A DNA stretch of 64,000 nt from an uncultured delta proteobacterium (GTDB lineage: Bacteria; Myxococcota_A; Polyangia; Polyangiales; Houyiibacteriaceae), in contig CAVOVB010000006.1 of NCBI GenBank assembly GCA_963699755.1, positions 32,001 to 96,000 of the forward strand, read 5' to 3'. Positions 1 through 9,252 of this stretch are shown here, piece after piece. A program made the position numbers and the translations under genes. The notes beneath the pieces were generated by a model. The model did not search any database and was not told where the DNA came from. It was given only the letters and a program-made list of their open reading frames with translations. Positions within the stretch are counted from its first letter, which is position 1, and each line of letters starts with the position of its first letter.

Positions 1-165
1 GCGCTCGAGCGCCATGTGAATGATGCGTGAGTGGTCGACGTCCCCTTCGACCCGCGCCTTGTTGAGGGCCGTCTGAGAGAAGCCGCCGTAGATCATGGTG
101 CCGACCAGTGCGAGCACTGTTACGGCGAGGATGACCTCGAGCAGCGTGAAACCCCGTTTCCTCAC
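1..165 (-). CDS. gspJ: Type II secretion minor pseudopilin GspJ (5' part only; runs off the window)
   Basis: Manual translation from GTG at 165 gives MRKRG|FTLLEVILAVTVLALVGTMIYGGFSQ..., a prepilin cleavage motif. The start overlaps the gspI stop and follows gspG-H-I. Confidence 0.75.
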   Translation of the reverse strand, partial: MRKRGFTLLEVILAVTVLALVGTMIYGGFSQTALNKARVEGDVDHSRIIHMALER

Positions 166-788
166 TACTGGCCTTCCTCCGCTAGAGATTCGTCCGTCGG
201 CGCCGCTTGCTCGGACACGAGAAACTGTGTGACGTCGAAGCCTCGCTGCTTGGATCCCTCCGTCCAACTTACGGTCACCGTAGCTCTTCGGACCTGCTCT
301 TCGAGAAAGGGCTTCAAGATCGGAAAGCCAATCTGCAAGGCGAGCATTGCGAGGTTCCCGGCCTGGCCTGCGATCACCTGTTCCGTAGGTCCGCCCTCGC
401 TCGTTACCTCATCGACCGCCTCGTTTACAATCTCGGTGGGGCTGTTGCCCTCATCGCCTTCGCCGTCTTCGTCGTCTTCTCCCCCGACACCGAACTCTGG
501 CAGGACGATTCGGTCGACGATCCACTCGCACTCGAAGCCCTCCACCGGTGCGTGCTCGCAGCAATTGTCGGTGTCTTTCTTCTCGAGGGCGGGTAAGCCT
601 TCGATTGCGATGACTTCTTCGATCTCTCCCATTTTGCAGCGCGCGAGGGTTGCAGCGACGCTTTGTCGGCGAGCACGTGCGGCAACGTTAGCGGCACCGA
701 CCTCGCTCGAGAATATTGCGGTGAGTGAGATGCCGAGGATCGCCACAGCGATCATCACTTCGAGCAGCGTGAAGCCGGTGCGGTTCAT
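165..788 (-). CDS. gspI: Type II secretion minor pseudopilin GspI
   Basis: MNRTG|FTLLEVMIAVAIL class III signal peptide; position after gspH. Confidence 0.8.
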   Translation of the reverse strand: MNRTGFTLLEVMIAVAILGISLTAIFSSEVGAANVAARARRQSVAATLARCKMGEIEEVIAIEGLPALEKKDTDNCCEHAPVEGFECEWIVDRIVLPEFGVGGEDDEDGEGDEGNSPTEIVNEAVDEVTSEGGPTEQVIAGQAGNLAMLALQIGFPILKPFLEEQVRRATVTVSWTEGSKQRGFDVTQFLVSEQAAPTDESLAEEGQ

Positions 789-1474
789 AGCGAATCCTCG
801 ACTTCGCCATCGTCCTCTAGCTCGTTTAGCGGCTCGTAGGCGAAGTTGTGAATACGTGCGTTGCCGGTGAGTGGGTGAATCTCGATGCTGTAGACAGAGT
901 CACTCGAGTCGCTCAGCTGAATGACCGCGTGCTCCGTCAAGCCTCCCGGGAAGAAGTAGAGCGACCCGTCTCCATCCGTCCGAGTTTCCGTTTCGTGCGG
1001 CGTGATCAAAGCGTGTAGGGAAACCCCATCGGCGAGCGGCTTCGCGCTGTACTCCTCCAAGACCTTTCCATTCTGGTTCGTGATCGGCTGGAACGGCGAG
1101 GTCGGCTCTACCGGGGTCAAGGGTTGTTCGAGCCTGGACCTGGCGAGATCCCAGGGGTCGACCGCCTGACCTTCGGCGGCTTCGAGTTGTTCGTTGGTGG
1201 CTAGAGTGACCGGTGTCTCTGTCTCCTCGACGGCCATCGTGTTCTTCTCGAAATCGAAGAGGAGCCGCGTCGTCGTGCCCTGGGTGAGGGAGCGATTGTA
1301 GGCGAATTGCGCAGCGCTCATCACTCTGTAGGCCGCAGACCGCAGCCGGCTTCGACTGATCGCGCCCAGGCCAAAGGTTGCACCGGTAATCACGACCGCA
1401 ATGATCGCCACTACCAGAATCACCTCGATGAGGGTGAAACCGCCGTTCGTTCGGGATGGGAAGCGTCTCAGCAT
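785..1474 (-). CDS. gspH: Type II secretion minor pseudopilin GspH
   Basis: GG|FTLIEVILVVAII motif; C-terminal YFFPGG...YSIEIHPLTG typical of GspH/FimT; follows gspG. Confidence 0.8.
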   Translation of the reverse strand: MLRRFPSRTNGGFTLIEVILVVAIIAVVITGATFGLGAISRSRLRSAAYRVMSAAQFAYNRSLTQGTTTRLLFDFEKNTMAVEETETPVTLATNEQLEAAEGQAVDPWDLARSRLEQPLTPVEPTSPFQPITNQNGKVLEEYSAKPLADGVSLHALITPHETETRTDGDGSLYFFPGGLTEHAVIQLSDSSDSVYSIEIHPLTGNARIHNFAYEPLNELEDDGEVEDSL

Positions 1475-1480
1475 GATTCG

Positions 1481-1876
1481 TTAGATGTCGTCCTCGGTGC
1501 CGAACTGCAGGTCTGGGCCTGCCGAGACGACGGCCACGTCACCGTCCTCGCAGTTGACTTGAAATGGTGTGTTCCAAGCATCCGTCGACCGACGACTGCT
1601 GTCGAGGTATCGCTCGGTGATGAGATCTTCCACGGTTGGACAGCCTCTGGGGTTGTCGGCCACGTAGAGCATCACGGCCGAACGAAGCGCCTGCGCGTCC
1701 GTCGCCGTGGTCTTGATGCGTGCTTCTTCGAGCCGAGGCAAGAGCGCTACAGCAACGCCACCGGCCATCATGGCGAAGATCGTGATGACGATCATGATTT
1801 CGATGAGGGTGAAGCCCTCCTGGCGCCTGCGCCGGTCCAATCGCCGTTGAGGGCTTGTGTTGTTCGTGTTGGGCAT
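1481..1876 (-). CDS. gspG: Type II secretion major pseudopilin GspG
   Basis: EG|FTLIEIMIV motif, DAWNTPF and SAGPDLQFGTEDDI C-terminus. Start placed at ATG 1876 behind a GGGAGG SD, not at the long-ORF start 2329. Confidence 0.85.
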   Translation of the reverse strand: MPNTNNTSPQRRLDRRRRQEGFTLIEIMIVITIFAMMAGGVAVALLPRLEEARIKTTATDAQALRSAVMLYVADNPRGCPTVEDLITERYLDSSRRSTDAWNTPFQVNCEDGDVAVVSAGPDLQFGTEDDI

Positions 1877-1893
1877 AGAGCCTCCCGTTCGCT

Positions 1894-2316
1894 TCATTGA
1901 ATGTTGTCGTCCTTCAAAAACGAGCCACTGGGGCCCGCAGAAATCACTTCGGCTTCCTCCGCGAAGTAGCCCGGACAGCGGATCGCGAGGGATCTCCCCC
2001 AGCCGTCCTTCGGCATCGCAGCGAGGTAGCGCTTCTGAGAGAGCGGAGGGTGAAGCAGCTCGGTCTCCGAGACTGGGCAGCGCCCCACGTCCGACCGAAA
2101 TTGGTCGATCGCTTGCTTCACCTGAGCGATCACGACCCGGGTGTCGCGGAGCTGGACCCGACGCCGCGCGTAGCGCGCGAACCCGAGCGTCAGCGCGATT
2201 AGCAAGAGGGCCCCGAGCAGTGCCTGCCAGCGCGTGCCGTGTAGAGGATTGCGCCAGCGCCCTCCACGGCCCTCCCAGGGAAGTGAAACTCGCTCTCTTT
2301 GTGTACGTCGCGTCAT
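1894..2316 (-). CDS. GspG-like protein lacking a prepilin cleavage site
   Basis: GspG C-terminal motifs (PKDGWGR, ISAGPSG...DDNI) after a TM helix, but no G|FxxxE motif; lies between gspF and gspG. Confidence 0.7.
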   Translation of the reverse strand: MTRRTQRERVSLPWEGRGGRWRNPLHGTRWQALLGALLLIALTLGFARYARRRVQLRDTRVVIAQVKQAIDQFRSDVGRCPVSETELLHPPLSQKRYLAAMPKDGWGRSLAIRCPGYFAEEAEVISAGPSGSFLKDDNIQ

Positions 2317-2325
2317 GCTCGTCTC

Positions 2326-3549
2326 TCATTGAATCATCTCGTTGAGCTGGAGCAGCGGCATGAGAATGGCGAATGCGATCCCTCCAACGACGACGCCCAT
2401 GACCACGATGAGCACAGGTTCGAGGATCGACGTCATCGCGCCGACTCGCACTTCGATCTGCTGGTCGTACGTGTCGGCGACGTGCACCAGCATTTCTTCC
2501 AGCTGACCGGAGCGCTCACCCACGGCAATCATGTGCGTCACAATCGGCGGGAATCTGCCTGCCTGCCGCAGCGGCTTGGCGATTCCTTCGCCCTCACGAA
2601 CGCTTTCGCGCGCCTCCTCGACTACTCGCATCAGCTCCGTATTGCCGAGAACGTTGCGCGTGATGTCCATGGCGGTGAGCACGGGGACTCCGCTCGACAG
2701 GAGCGTGGCGAGCGTCCGTGCGAAGCGGGCCACGGCAATCATGACTATCAATGGCCCAAAGAGCGGCGCCTCCAGCACGAGGAGGTCCCATCTCCTGCGG
2801 CCGTCTTCGGTCGCCTTCCAGCGGCGGAACCAATAGACTCCTCCGCCGATGAGCGCCGCGAGGAGCCACCAGTAGTTGCTGAAGACGTTACTAACCCAAA
2901 TCAATAGGCTGGTGTACCAGGGAAGCGTCTGGTTGAAGTTCTCGAAGATCGACGTGACCTTTGGAACCACCACCGACATCATCAAGAAGAGAATGGCAAC
3001 CACGACCACAGCCATGACGACCGGATAGGCGAGGGCACCACGAACCTTGCTCTGAAGTCGGGTCTGTTCGTCCAGGAACTCGGCAAGTCGGCCAAGCACC
3101 TCCTCGAGCGTGCCTGACGCTTCACCCGCGGCCACCATGTTGACATAGAGCGGGAGGAAGATCTTGGGGTGTGCCTTGAGCGCGTTGGCGAGCGTGCTGC
3201 CTTCGTTCACCTGATTGCGCGTATCGGTAAAGGCATTCTTGAGCTCGGGCTGGTCGAGCTGTTCAATCAAGGCGCTCAAGGCTTCGACCAAAGGGACGCC
3301 CGAACGGATCAAGACCGAGAGTTGCCGGGTTGCCATGGCAACGTCCATTGGCGAAACGCGCCGAAACATCCGTCCGAAGTCGATGTCGCGTGATGCTTTG
3401 CGCGCCGCCTCCGATTGTTCGAGAATCTCGGTAGCCAGGACCCCGTCACGCTTGAGCACAGTGCGCAGCGCCTTGGCACTATCGGCATCACGGACACCCT
3501 TTACCGACTTACCTCGCCCGTCGATGCCCTTGTATGCGTAGACCCCCAT
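2326..3549 (-). CDS. gspF: Type II secretion inner-membrane platform protein GspF
   Basis: TRQLSVLIRSGVPL, AGEASGTL, VGERSGQLEEML motifs; three TM segments. Confidence 0.95.
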   Translation of the reverse strand: MGVYAYKGIDGRGKSVKGVRDADSAKALRTVLKRDGVLATEILEQSEAARKASRDIDFGRMFRRVSPMDVAMATRQLSVLIRSGVPLVEALSALIEQLDQPELKNAFTDTRNQVNEGSTLANALKAHPKIFLPLYVNMVAAGEASGTLEEVLGRLAEFLDEQTRLQSKVRGALAYPVVMAVVVVAILFLMMSVVVPKVTSIFENFNQTLPWYTSLLIWVSNVFSNYWWLLAALIGGGVYWFRRWKATEDGRRRWDLLVLEAPLFGPLIVMIAVARFARTLATLLSSGVPVLTAMDITRNVLGNTELMRVVEEARESVREGEGIAKPLRQAGRFPPIVTHMIAVGERSGQLEEMLVHVADTYDQQIEVRVGAMTSILEPVLIVVMGVVVGGIAFAILMPLLQLNEMIQ

Positions 3550-3552
3550 GGA

Positions 3553-5331
3553 TCAGACCTCTGCCGCCTGAGTCGCCGCGAGTACTTCTTCGACGCTGGT
3601 GACGCCTGCCACGACTTGACGCGCTCCGTCCTCGCGCAGAAGCCGCATACCCTGGTGCTGTGCGACCCTCTGAATCGTCTTTGCGTCGCTGTTGTTCAAG
3701 ACTTCGCGGCGTACGGGCTCGTCGATCATCATGAGCTCGAAGATCCCGATTCGGCCGCGATAGCCCGTGTTGCTGCACTCGTCGCATCCACGGTGGTGGA
3801 AAAAGGTCAGCTTCCCTGAGCCGTCACCTGCCGGATCGGGCAGGGTCACGGGGTTGCTTTTGCCGATTACGGTCGTCGCAGCGAGCTTCCGAAGCTCTAC
3901 CAGCTTCTCTTCGGCAATCGCCGCGTCGATTCCCAGCTCGCGCAGGTCTTGCGCGGTCGGTGTGTACGGGCTCTTGCAATGCTCACAGAGCTTTCGAACC
4001 AGGCGCTGAGCCAGGACTGCGAGAACCGAAGAAGAAATCTGATAGGCCTGCACGTCCATGTCGACCAAGCGGGTGATGGCGCTCGGTGCGTCGTTGGTGT
4101 GCAGGGTCGAGAGCACGAGATGACCGGTGAGCGAGGCGTGAATCGCAATTTCGGCCGTTTCCTGGTCGCGAATCTCGCCGACCATGATCACATCCGGATC
4201 CTGGCGAAGGAAGCTCCTCATGCCCGAGGCGAAGGTCAGCCCAATTTTCGGCTGAACCTGCATCTGCCCGATGCCGCGGAGCTCGTACTCGACCGGATCC
4301 TCCGCCGTCAGGATGTTCTTTTCAGGCGTGTTGATCTTGTTCAAACAAGCATAAAGCGTGGTCGTCTTCCCCGACCCCGTCGGGCCTGTGACCAAGATGA
4401 TGCCATTCGGGCGTCTGATGAGTTTCTCAAGCTGGTCGAGCTCTTTACGCGCGAAACCTAGATCGATGAGGTTCAGCAAGACCTGTTCCTTGTCGAGCAG
4501 ACGCATGACGACCCGCTCGCCCTTGGCCGTCGGGATGGTCGATACACGAACGTCGATCACCTTACCTGCGATCTTTTTGGTGATACGTCCGTCCTGTGGA
4601 AGGCGCTTCTCTGCGATGTTGAGGCCTGCCTCGATCTTCACGCGGCTCACGATGGACGAGAGGAATCCACGATTTGCTTCTTTGCGGGGAATGAGCCTTC
4701 CGTCGACGCGATACCGAACCACGACCTTTTCGTCGGTAGGCTCGATATGGATATCAGACGCGCGCTCCTTTACTGCCGTGTAGAACAGGTTGTTGACCCA
4801 TCGAATGACTGGCGCTTCGTCGGTCATGTCGATGAGGTCGCGAAGCTCTTCGACCTCCTCGCCTTCCTTCGCCTCGGCAAGAGCGGTTTCATCCTTGCGT
4901 TCGTAGACGCGGTTGATCGCGTCGTCGATGCTCTCTTCTGAAGCGGCCACTGGAATGATCGTCTTCCCCAGAAGAATGCGCAGGTCGTCGATCGGGAACG
5001 GGTCTAGGGGATTAGCGACGGCAACGCGGATGGTATCGCCGGAGCGGGACAACGGGAGCACGTGGTTTTGACGGGCGAAGTTGATCGGGACGGCATCGAT
5101 GAGGTCTTCCGGAATCAACTCCGTGGCGAGCTTCTCGACGAACTCGATGCCCACCTCATCGGCCAGCGCGCGGACGAGCTTCACCTCTTCCACTGCGTGT
5201 GTTGCAATCAAGAGGTCGGTGAGGTCGACCGATCGATCCGCTGCCGTCTCGAGCGCATGCTCGAGCTTGTCCGGTTCGAGCGCGCCGCGCCGAACGAGGA
5301 TCTCGCCGATGTAGCGTTGCTCGAAGCTCAT
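3553..5331 (-). CDS. gspE: Type II secretion ATPase GspE
   Basis: Walker A GPTGSGKT, LRQDPDVIMVGEIRD, His box STLHTND, CxxC...CxxC zinc motif. Confidence 0.95.
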   Translation of the reverse strand: MSFEQRYIGEILVRRGALEPDKLEHALETAADRSVDLTDLLIATHAVEEVKLVRALADEVGIEFVEKLATELIPEDLIDAVPINFARQNHVLPLSRSGDTIRVAVANPLDPFPIDDLRILLGKTIIPVAASEESIDDAINRVYERKDETALAEAKEGEEVEELRDLIDMTDEAPVIRWVNNLFYTAVKERASDIHIEPTDEKVVVRYRVDGRLIPRKEANRGFLSSIVSRVKIEAGLNIAEKRLPQDGRITKKIAGKVIDVRVSTIPTAKGERVVMRLLDKEQVLLNLIDLGFARKELDQLEKLIRRPNGIILVTGPTGSGKTTTLYACLNKINTPEKNILTAEDPVEYELRGIGQMQVQPKIGLTFASGMRSFLRQDPDVIMVGEIRDQETAEIAIHASLTGHLVLSTLHTNDAPSAITRLVDMDVQAYQISSSVLAVLAQRLVRKLCEHCKSPYTPTAQDLRELGIDAAIAEEKLVELRKLAATTVIGKSNPVTLPDPAGDGSGKLTFFHHRGCDECSNTGYRGRIGIFELMMIDEPVRREVLNNSDAKTIQRVAQHQGMRLLREDGARQVVAGVTSVEEVLAATQAAEV

Positions 5332-8084
5332 TGCTGCTCGCCCTCCCTCCCCTGGTCGCTGCCGAGCCCCGACTGTTCGTCAGCCGGAATGCTCGTAGGC
5401 TCGACCTCGTCTTCGATCAGCACTGGCTCCGGGGCCGGCTCGCCGGGCTCGATCACCTCATCGGGGCCGTCGGCGCCAGCGGGTTCCTCGGCCTGGTCGG
5501 GGGTTTCGGGCTCCTCGGGGATCGAGGGCTCGGCTCCATGTGGGACCTCGGTCGGCGGAGGCGGCGCCCCACCACCTTCTTGGAGGTCAGCCGCCGTGGG
5601 TGGAATCGACTCTGCGGAATCCGCTTCGGTCTCTTCCGTCACTTCGATCCCGTTTGGTCCAATCACATAGGTGTCTTCGACTTCAACGCCTGGTTCCCGG
5701 TACGCACCAATCGGTGAGCGGGGCACGTGGTCTGGTGGCGGTGCGAGCTCTGCGGCCCTGGCGAGCCGGATTTCTTCTTCCACACTCTCGATCTCGTTGA
5801 CGATCTCGGCGACGAGACCGCGCGTGCGGCTGTAGTCGACGTGAGGCTCGAACTTGTCTTCGCCGAAGACGAAGTAGCGGTCGATCATCTGTTGCCGCTC
5901 TTGCATCTTGCGCTCGAAGATGTCCCGAAGGTCGCCCGGGTCACGGATGATGTACGGGGTGAGAATCAGTAGAAGGTTCGTCTTGCGCTTAGTCTTGCTG
6001 GTCCTGCGAAAGAGGGCGCCCAAGATCGGGACGTCCCCGAGGACCGGTACTTTGTCTTCCTTGTTCTGAATTGCGTCGCGCATCAGACCACCGATGACGA
6101 TCGTTTGCTGGTCCCGCACCATGATTTCCGTCCGCGCGGTACGACGGTTGATCGAGACGACGCCGAGAGTACCCGAGGTCGCTCCCTGTTCAGAGATCTC
6201 CTCTTCGATTTCGAGTCGAATTTCGTTGTCTTCGTTTATGTGCGGCACGACGCGAATCGTGGTGCCTACGTCCTGACGTGCGACGCTTCCAAGCCCGCCG
6301 GCCAGCCCGGACAGGTTGCCCAGATCCTGTCCGCCTGCGGATGCTTGGGCCAACGCGCCCAGGCTGCCGGCGCCGGCGAAGGTACCCGGCGCGACGCCAT
6401 TGGTTTGCAGCGGGATGTTCTCTCCGACGCTGATCTCGGCTTCCGTATTGTCCATCGCGATGATGTGCGGTGTCGAGAGCACGTCGGCATCACCAGAGGT
6501 CGCGAGGGCCGTCACGGTGACGCCGAAGCCCGGAACCGAGAAGCCGACTAGCTGCTGCGAGTTTTCGATCGTCGGACCGCGAACGCCGAGCGCCAATCCA
6601 GTCAGGTTGTTCTGGGTGATGTCGATCGACGATGGAGCATTGAAGCCGAAGAGAGAGAGCGAGCCATCGGTGGGGAAGTCACCAGCGCCGCCATGGAACG
6701 CGAATCCGAGCTCTGACGAGCGTTCGACCCCGAGCTCCATCACGACCGCGTCGATGAAGACCTGCTTTCGAGGCGCGTCGAGGCGATCGATGACCCGTTT
6801 GAGCGCCGTGTAGTCGTGAAGCGAAGAGGTGATGAGCAGCGCGTTGGAAGGCTCATACGCCGTGACGGCAATCTGTCCCTCGAAGAGCGACGCCGTGGCG
6901 TTCGGGGCCGCGGCGGGACGCTGCACCGTAGCTCTGCCGGCCACTCGAGGTCCCGAGCTGGCGCCGACGAGCGCTGTGAGCGCGGCTGAAATGTCCGTAG
7001 CTGCGCCGTGCTGCACGTAGTGCACGTGGATGCGACCTTCACCTTCGAGGGCAACGTCGAGCTGACGGATCATTTCCAGGATGCGTAGATAGGCACGCTC
7101 CGTTGCGATGATGATGAGGGAGTTGGTGCGCTCGTCCGCGATGATGTTTCGAATCGTCGACTCCGCCGAAGCGCTCCCGAGGACCTCCGAAGTGTTGCCC
7201 TTTGCCCTGGGCGCCGGTTTCGCTGCCGCTGTCGGCGCGGCTCCCGACGTATCGACCGCGAAGATTTCCAGCAATCTCTCGGCGAGATCGCCCGCGTTCG
7301 CGAAGTGAACCGGTTCGATCCAGGTTTGGGTGCCACTCCGGGGTAGGTCGATCGCGGCGACCAAAGCAAGCATGCGGCGAATCTGCGCCCCCGTATCGGT
7401 GAGGATCAGCATGTTGGTCGGAGCGTATGAGGTGATGTTTGCGGTCTTGGACGAGAAGCGCCCGAGCAGGGTGGTGACGTCTTCAGCCGATACGTGATCC
7501 AGGTGGTGGATCCGCGTGATGAATCGATCGCTAGCAGGGACGGCGCTTCCGCTCTCGAATAGCGGGACCGTTTGTCGTTCGATGCCGGTCGTCTCGACAA
7601 TCTTCAGATATCGACCGGCTGGCACCACCGTGAAGCCGTTCACCTCCAGAACGGACAAGAACGCTTGGTACGCCTCTGACACCGTGACCTTGGTGGGCGC
7701 GAAGACCGTCGCTTTGATCGTGCGGAGCTTCGTAGGCAGGATGAAGCGACGCCCCGTCATGTTGGAGATCAGGCGAACCAAGTCGGGGAGCTCCGCGTCC
7801 TCGAGGTTGAACGTCACCCGGGTGCGCGGCGACATCGCTTTGAACTCGACGCCGGTCTCGAACTGCGGCAGCTCGTTCTCGAGCTCAGGCTCGGCTTCGA
7901 CCTCGGCTTCGACCTCGGCTTTGGCTTCAGCTCTGGGCGCCGGCCTTAGAGGCACCGGGGCAGACGGAATCCGCGTGGGCGGAGCTTTGGGCTTGGCCTC
8001 GTCCTCTTGCGCTACCGCGCCGGGTCCGGTGCTCAGCAGTAGGGAGCCAACGAGCAAGCAAACCAGCTGTTTTCTAGAAGTCAC
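5328..8084 (-). CDS. gspD: Type II secretion secretin GspD with Pro/Glu-rich terminal extensions
   Basis: Signal peptide; N0-N3 domains; LDAPRKQVFIDAVVME and KVPVLGDVPILGALFR secretin motifs. Confidence 0.95.
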   Translation of the reverse strand: MTSRKQLVCLLVGSLLLSTGPGAVAQEDEAKPKAPPTRIPSAPVPLRPAPRAEAKAEVEAEVEAEPELENELPQFETGVEFKAMSPRTRVTFNLEDAELPDLVRLISNMTGRRFILPTKLRTIKATVFAPTKVTVSEAYQAFLSVLEVNGFTVVPAGRYLKIVETTGIERQTVPLFESGSAVPASDRFITRIHHLDHVSAEDVTTLLGRFSSKTANITSYAPTNMLILTDTGAQIRRMLALVAAIDLPRSGTQTWIEPVHFANAGDLAERLLEIFAVDTSGAAPTAAAKPAPRAKGNTSEVLGSASAESTIRNIIADERTNSLIIIATERAYLRILEMIRQLDVALEGEGRIHVHYVQHGAATDISAALTALVGASSGPRVAGRATVQRPAAAPNATASLFEGQIAVTAYEPSNALLITSSLHDYTALKRVIDRLDAPRKQVFIDAVVMELGVERSSELGFAFHGGAGDFPTDGSLSLFGFNAPSSIDITQNNLTGLALGVRGPTIENSQQLVGFSVPGFGVTVTALATSGDADVLSTPHIIAMDNTEAEISVGENIPLQTNGVAPGTFAGAGSLGALAQASAGGQDLGNLSGLAGGLGSVARQDVGTTIRVVPHINEDNEIRLEIEEEISEQGATSGTLGVVSINRRTARTEIMVRDQQTIVIGGLMRDAIQNKEDKVPVLGDVPILGALFRRTSKTKRKTNLLLILTPYIIRDPGDLRDIFERKMQERQQMIDRYFVFGEDKFEPHVDYSRTRGLVAEIVNEIESVEEEIRLARAAELAPPPDHVPRSPIGAYREPGVEVEDTYVIGPNGIEVTEETEADSAESIPPTAADLQEGGGAPPPPTEVPHGAEPSIPEEPETPDQAEEPAGADGPDEVIEPGEPAPEPVLIEDEVEPTSIPADEQSGLGSDQGREGEQQ

Positions 8085-8119
8085 GATTCATTCCCCGCCT
8101 GAAATCCCAAGTTGGCGTC

Positions 8120-9100
8120 TCATTCGATGTTGTAGTCAATGGTCATCTCTTTGTTCTGCCGCTTGATCGCGAGCGTGAGCTTGTCGGCGCTTCGCAAACG
8201 CGAATATGCTTCGAGTGCGGTGTCCGGGCTCGTCATGCTGAACCCATTGATCGTTCGCAGCATGTCGCCGTTTCGAACTCCGAGTCGGCCAAGCAGGCTA
8301 TTACGGCGAATCCCGTAGAGCTTGACCCCGGTCACACGACCGTCCTCTTCATGCGGAATCACACGCGCCGATTTCATCAGACTTCCCTGATTCGCCAATA
8401 CCTTGTCGACCAAGCCGCGTTGGATATTGAACTTGGTGTCGCTGATTCGCTCGATGCCGTCCGTGAGCTCCTCGTCGCTCAAGCCGGCGTTGCGCTCGTC
8501 GACTCGCTTGGCGGCTACGGGCCTGCTGACCGCAGGCGCGCGAGCTGGGGCTCCCTCTTCTTCCTCGAACATCAAAAGTTGGCAAGCTCCGCTTGAGGAG
8601 CTCATCACGACGCTCGAGGAGTAAACCGCCAGTACCCGAGAACCGTCTACTTGCGACCCCTCTCGATAGAGCATGGTCTTGCCGTCCTCTGAACCCGCGA
8701 TTGCTGCAAACGACCAGTCTGGCGAGCTCGGGCTCACCACCGAGCCGACGAGCCGCAAGTTGCCCGTGCACTTGGGTGGCGGCTGGTTGGGATCCCAGTC
8801 GTCGATCGGTTGCCCATCTGGCCCGAGGGGAACCTCTGGCAACGGCTCGGCCGTGAGGTCGCCTCGGGCCGAATCGAAGATGTTTCTCCGAAGGATGATG
8901 ACGGAATCGCGCTTTCGAAGAAAGCGGGGTGATGTTGCCGTGAAACCTGTGCGCGGGGTCGAAGGAGCGACCGTCTCTTGCGTCAGCAATTCTGCGGCCA
9001 GGACCCGGGTCGTCCCTTGCGCCAGGAAGAAAGCGCAGAGAGCCAAGGTTACGAGGATAATCGCAACCGAGAACCGTCTTTGCCGTGGAGTTGTCACCAT
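8120..9100 (-). CDS. gspC: Type II secretion protein GspC with C-terminal PDZ-like domain
   Basis: N-terminal TM, RRNIFD motif, C-terminal GVKLYGIRRNSLLGRLGVRNGD PDZ-like segment; first gene of the gsp operon. Confidence 0.9.
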   Translation of the reverse strand: MVTTPRQRRFSVAIILVTLALCAFFLAQGTTRVLAAELLTQETVAPSTPRTGFTATSPRFLRKRDSVIILRRNIFDSARGDLTAEPLPEVPLGPDGQPIDDWDPNQPPPKCTGNLRLVGSVVSPSSPDWSFAAIAGSEDGKTMLYREGSQVDGSRVLAVYSSSVVMSSSSGACQLLMFEEEEGAPARAPAVSRPVAAKRVDERNAGLSDEELTDGIERISDTKFNIQRGLVDKVLANQGSLMKSARVIPHEEDGRVTGVKLYGIRRNSLLGRLGVRNGDMLRTINGFSMTSPDTALEAYSRLRSADKLTLAIKRQNKEMTIDYNIE

Positions 9101-9110
9101 GGGTTACTAG

Positions 9111-9126
9111 AGCAACCACCGTGCCG
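9111..9126 (-). promoter_or_regulatory. Sigma-54 (-24/-12) promoter of the gsp operon
   Basis: Minus strand reads CGGCAC-GGTGG-TTGCT, matching TGGCAC-N5-TTGCW at all but the first base. Confidence 0.75.
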
Positions 9127-9189
9127 AATCGAAACAGGCAAAACCCGAATAATTTCGAGTCTGAGGAGCTGTTTTAGACGCGTCCTCGT

Positions 9190-9233
9190 GGACAACGTGG
9201 CGTGCCCAATCCGTTGCAATTGACAAAATGACA
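9190..9233. promoter_or_regulatory. Candidate enhancer (UAS) sites for a sigma-54 activator
   Basis: TGACA-AAA-TGACA at 9221-9233 and GGACA-ACG-TGGCG at 9190-9202, about 90-133 bp upstream of the predicted start site. Confidence 0.45.
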
Positions 9234-9252
9234 GCCACAGGGGCGCGGCCGT

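Noticed and set aside
1877..2329. Long N-terminal extension of gspG in the ORF track (1481..2329)
   Set aside because: It overlaps the better-supported 1894..2316 gene in another frame; an SD and the prepilin motif support the start at 1876.
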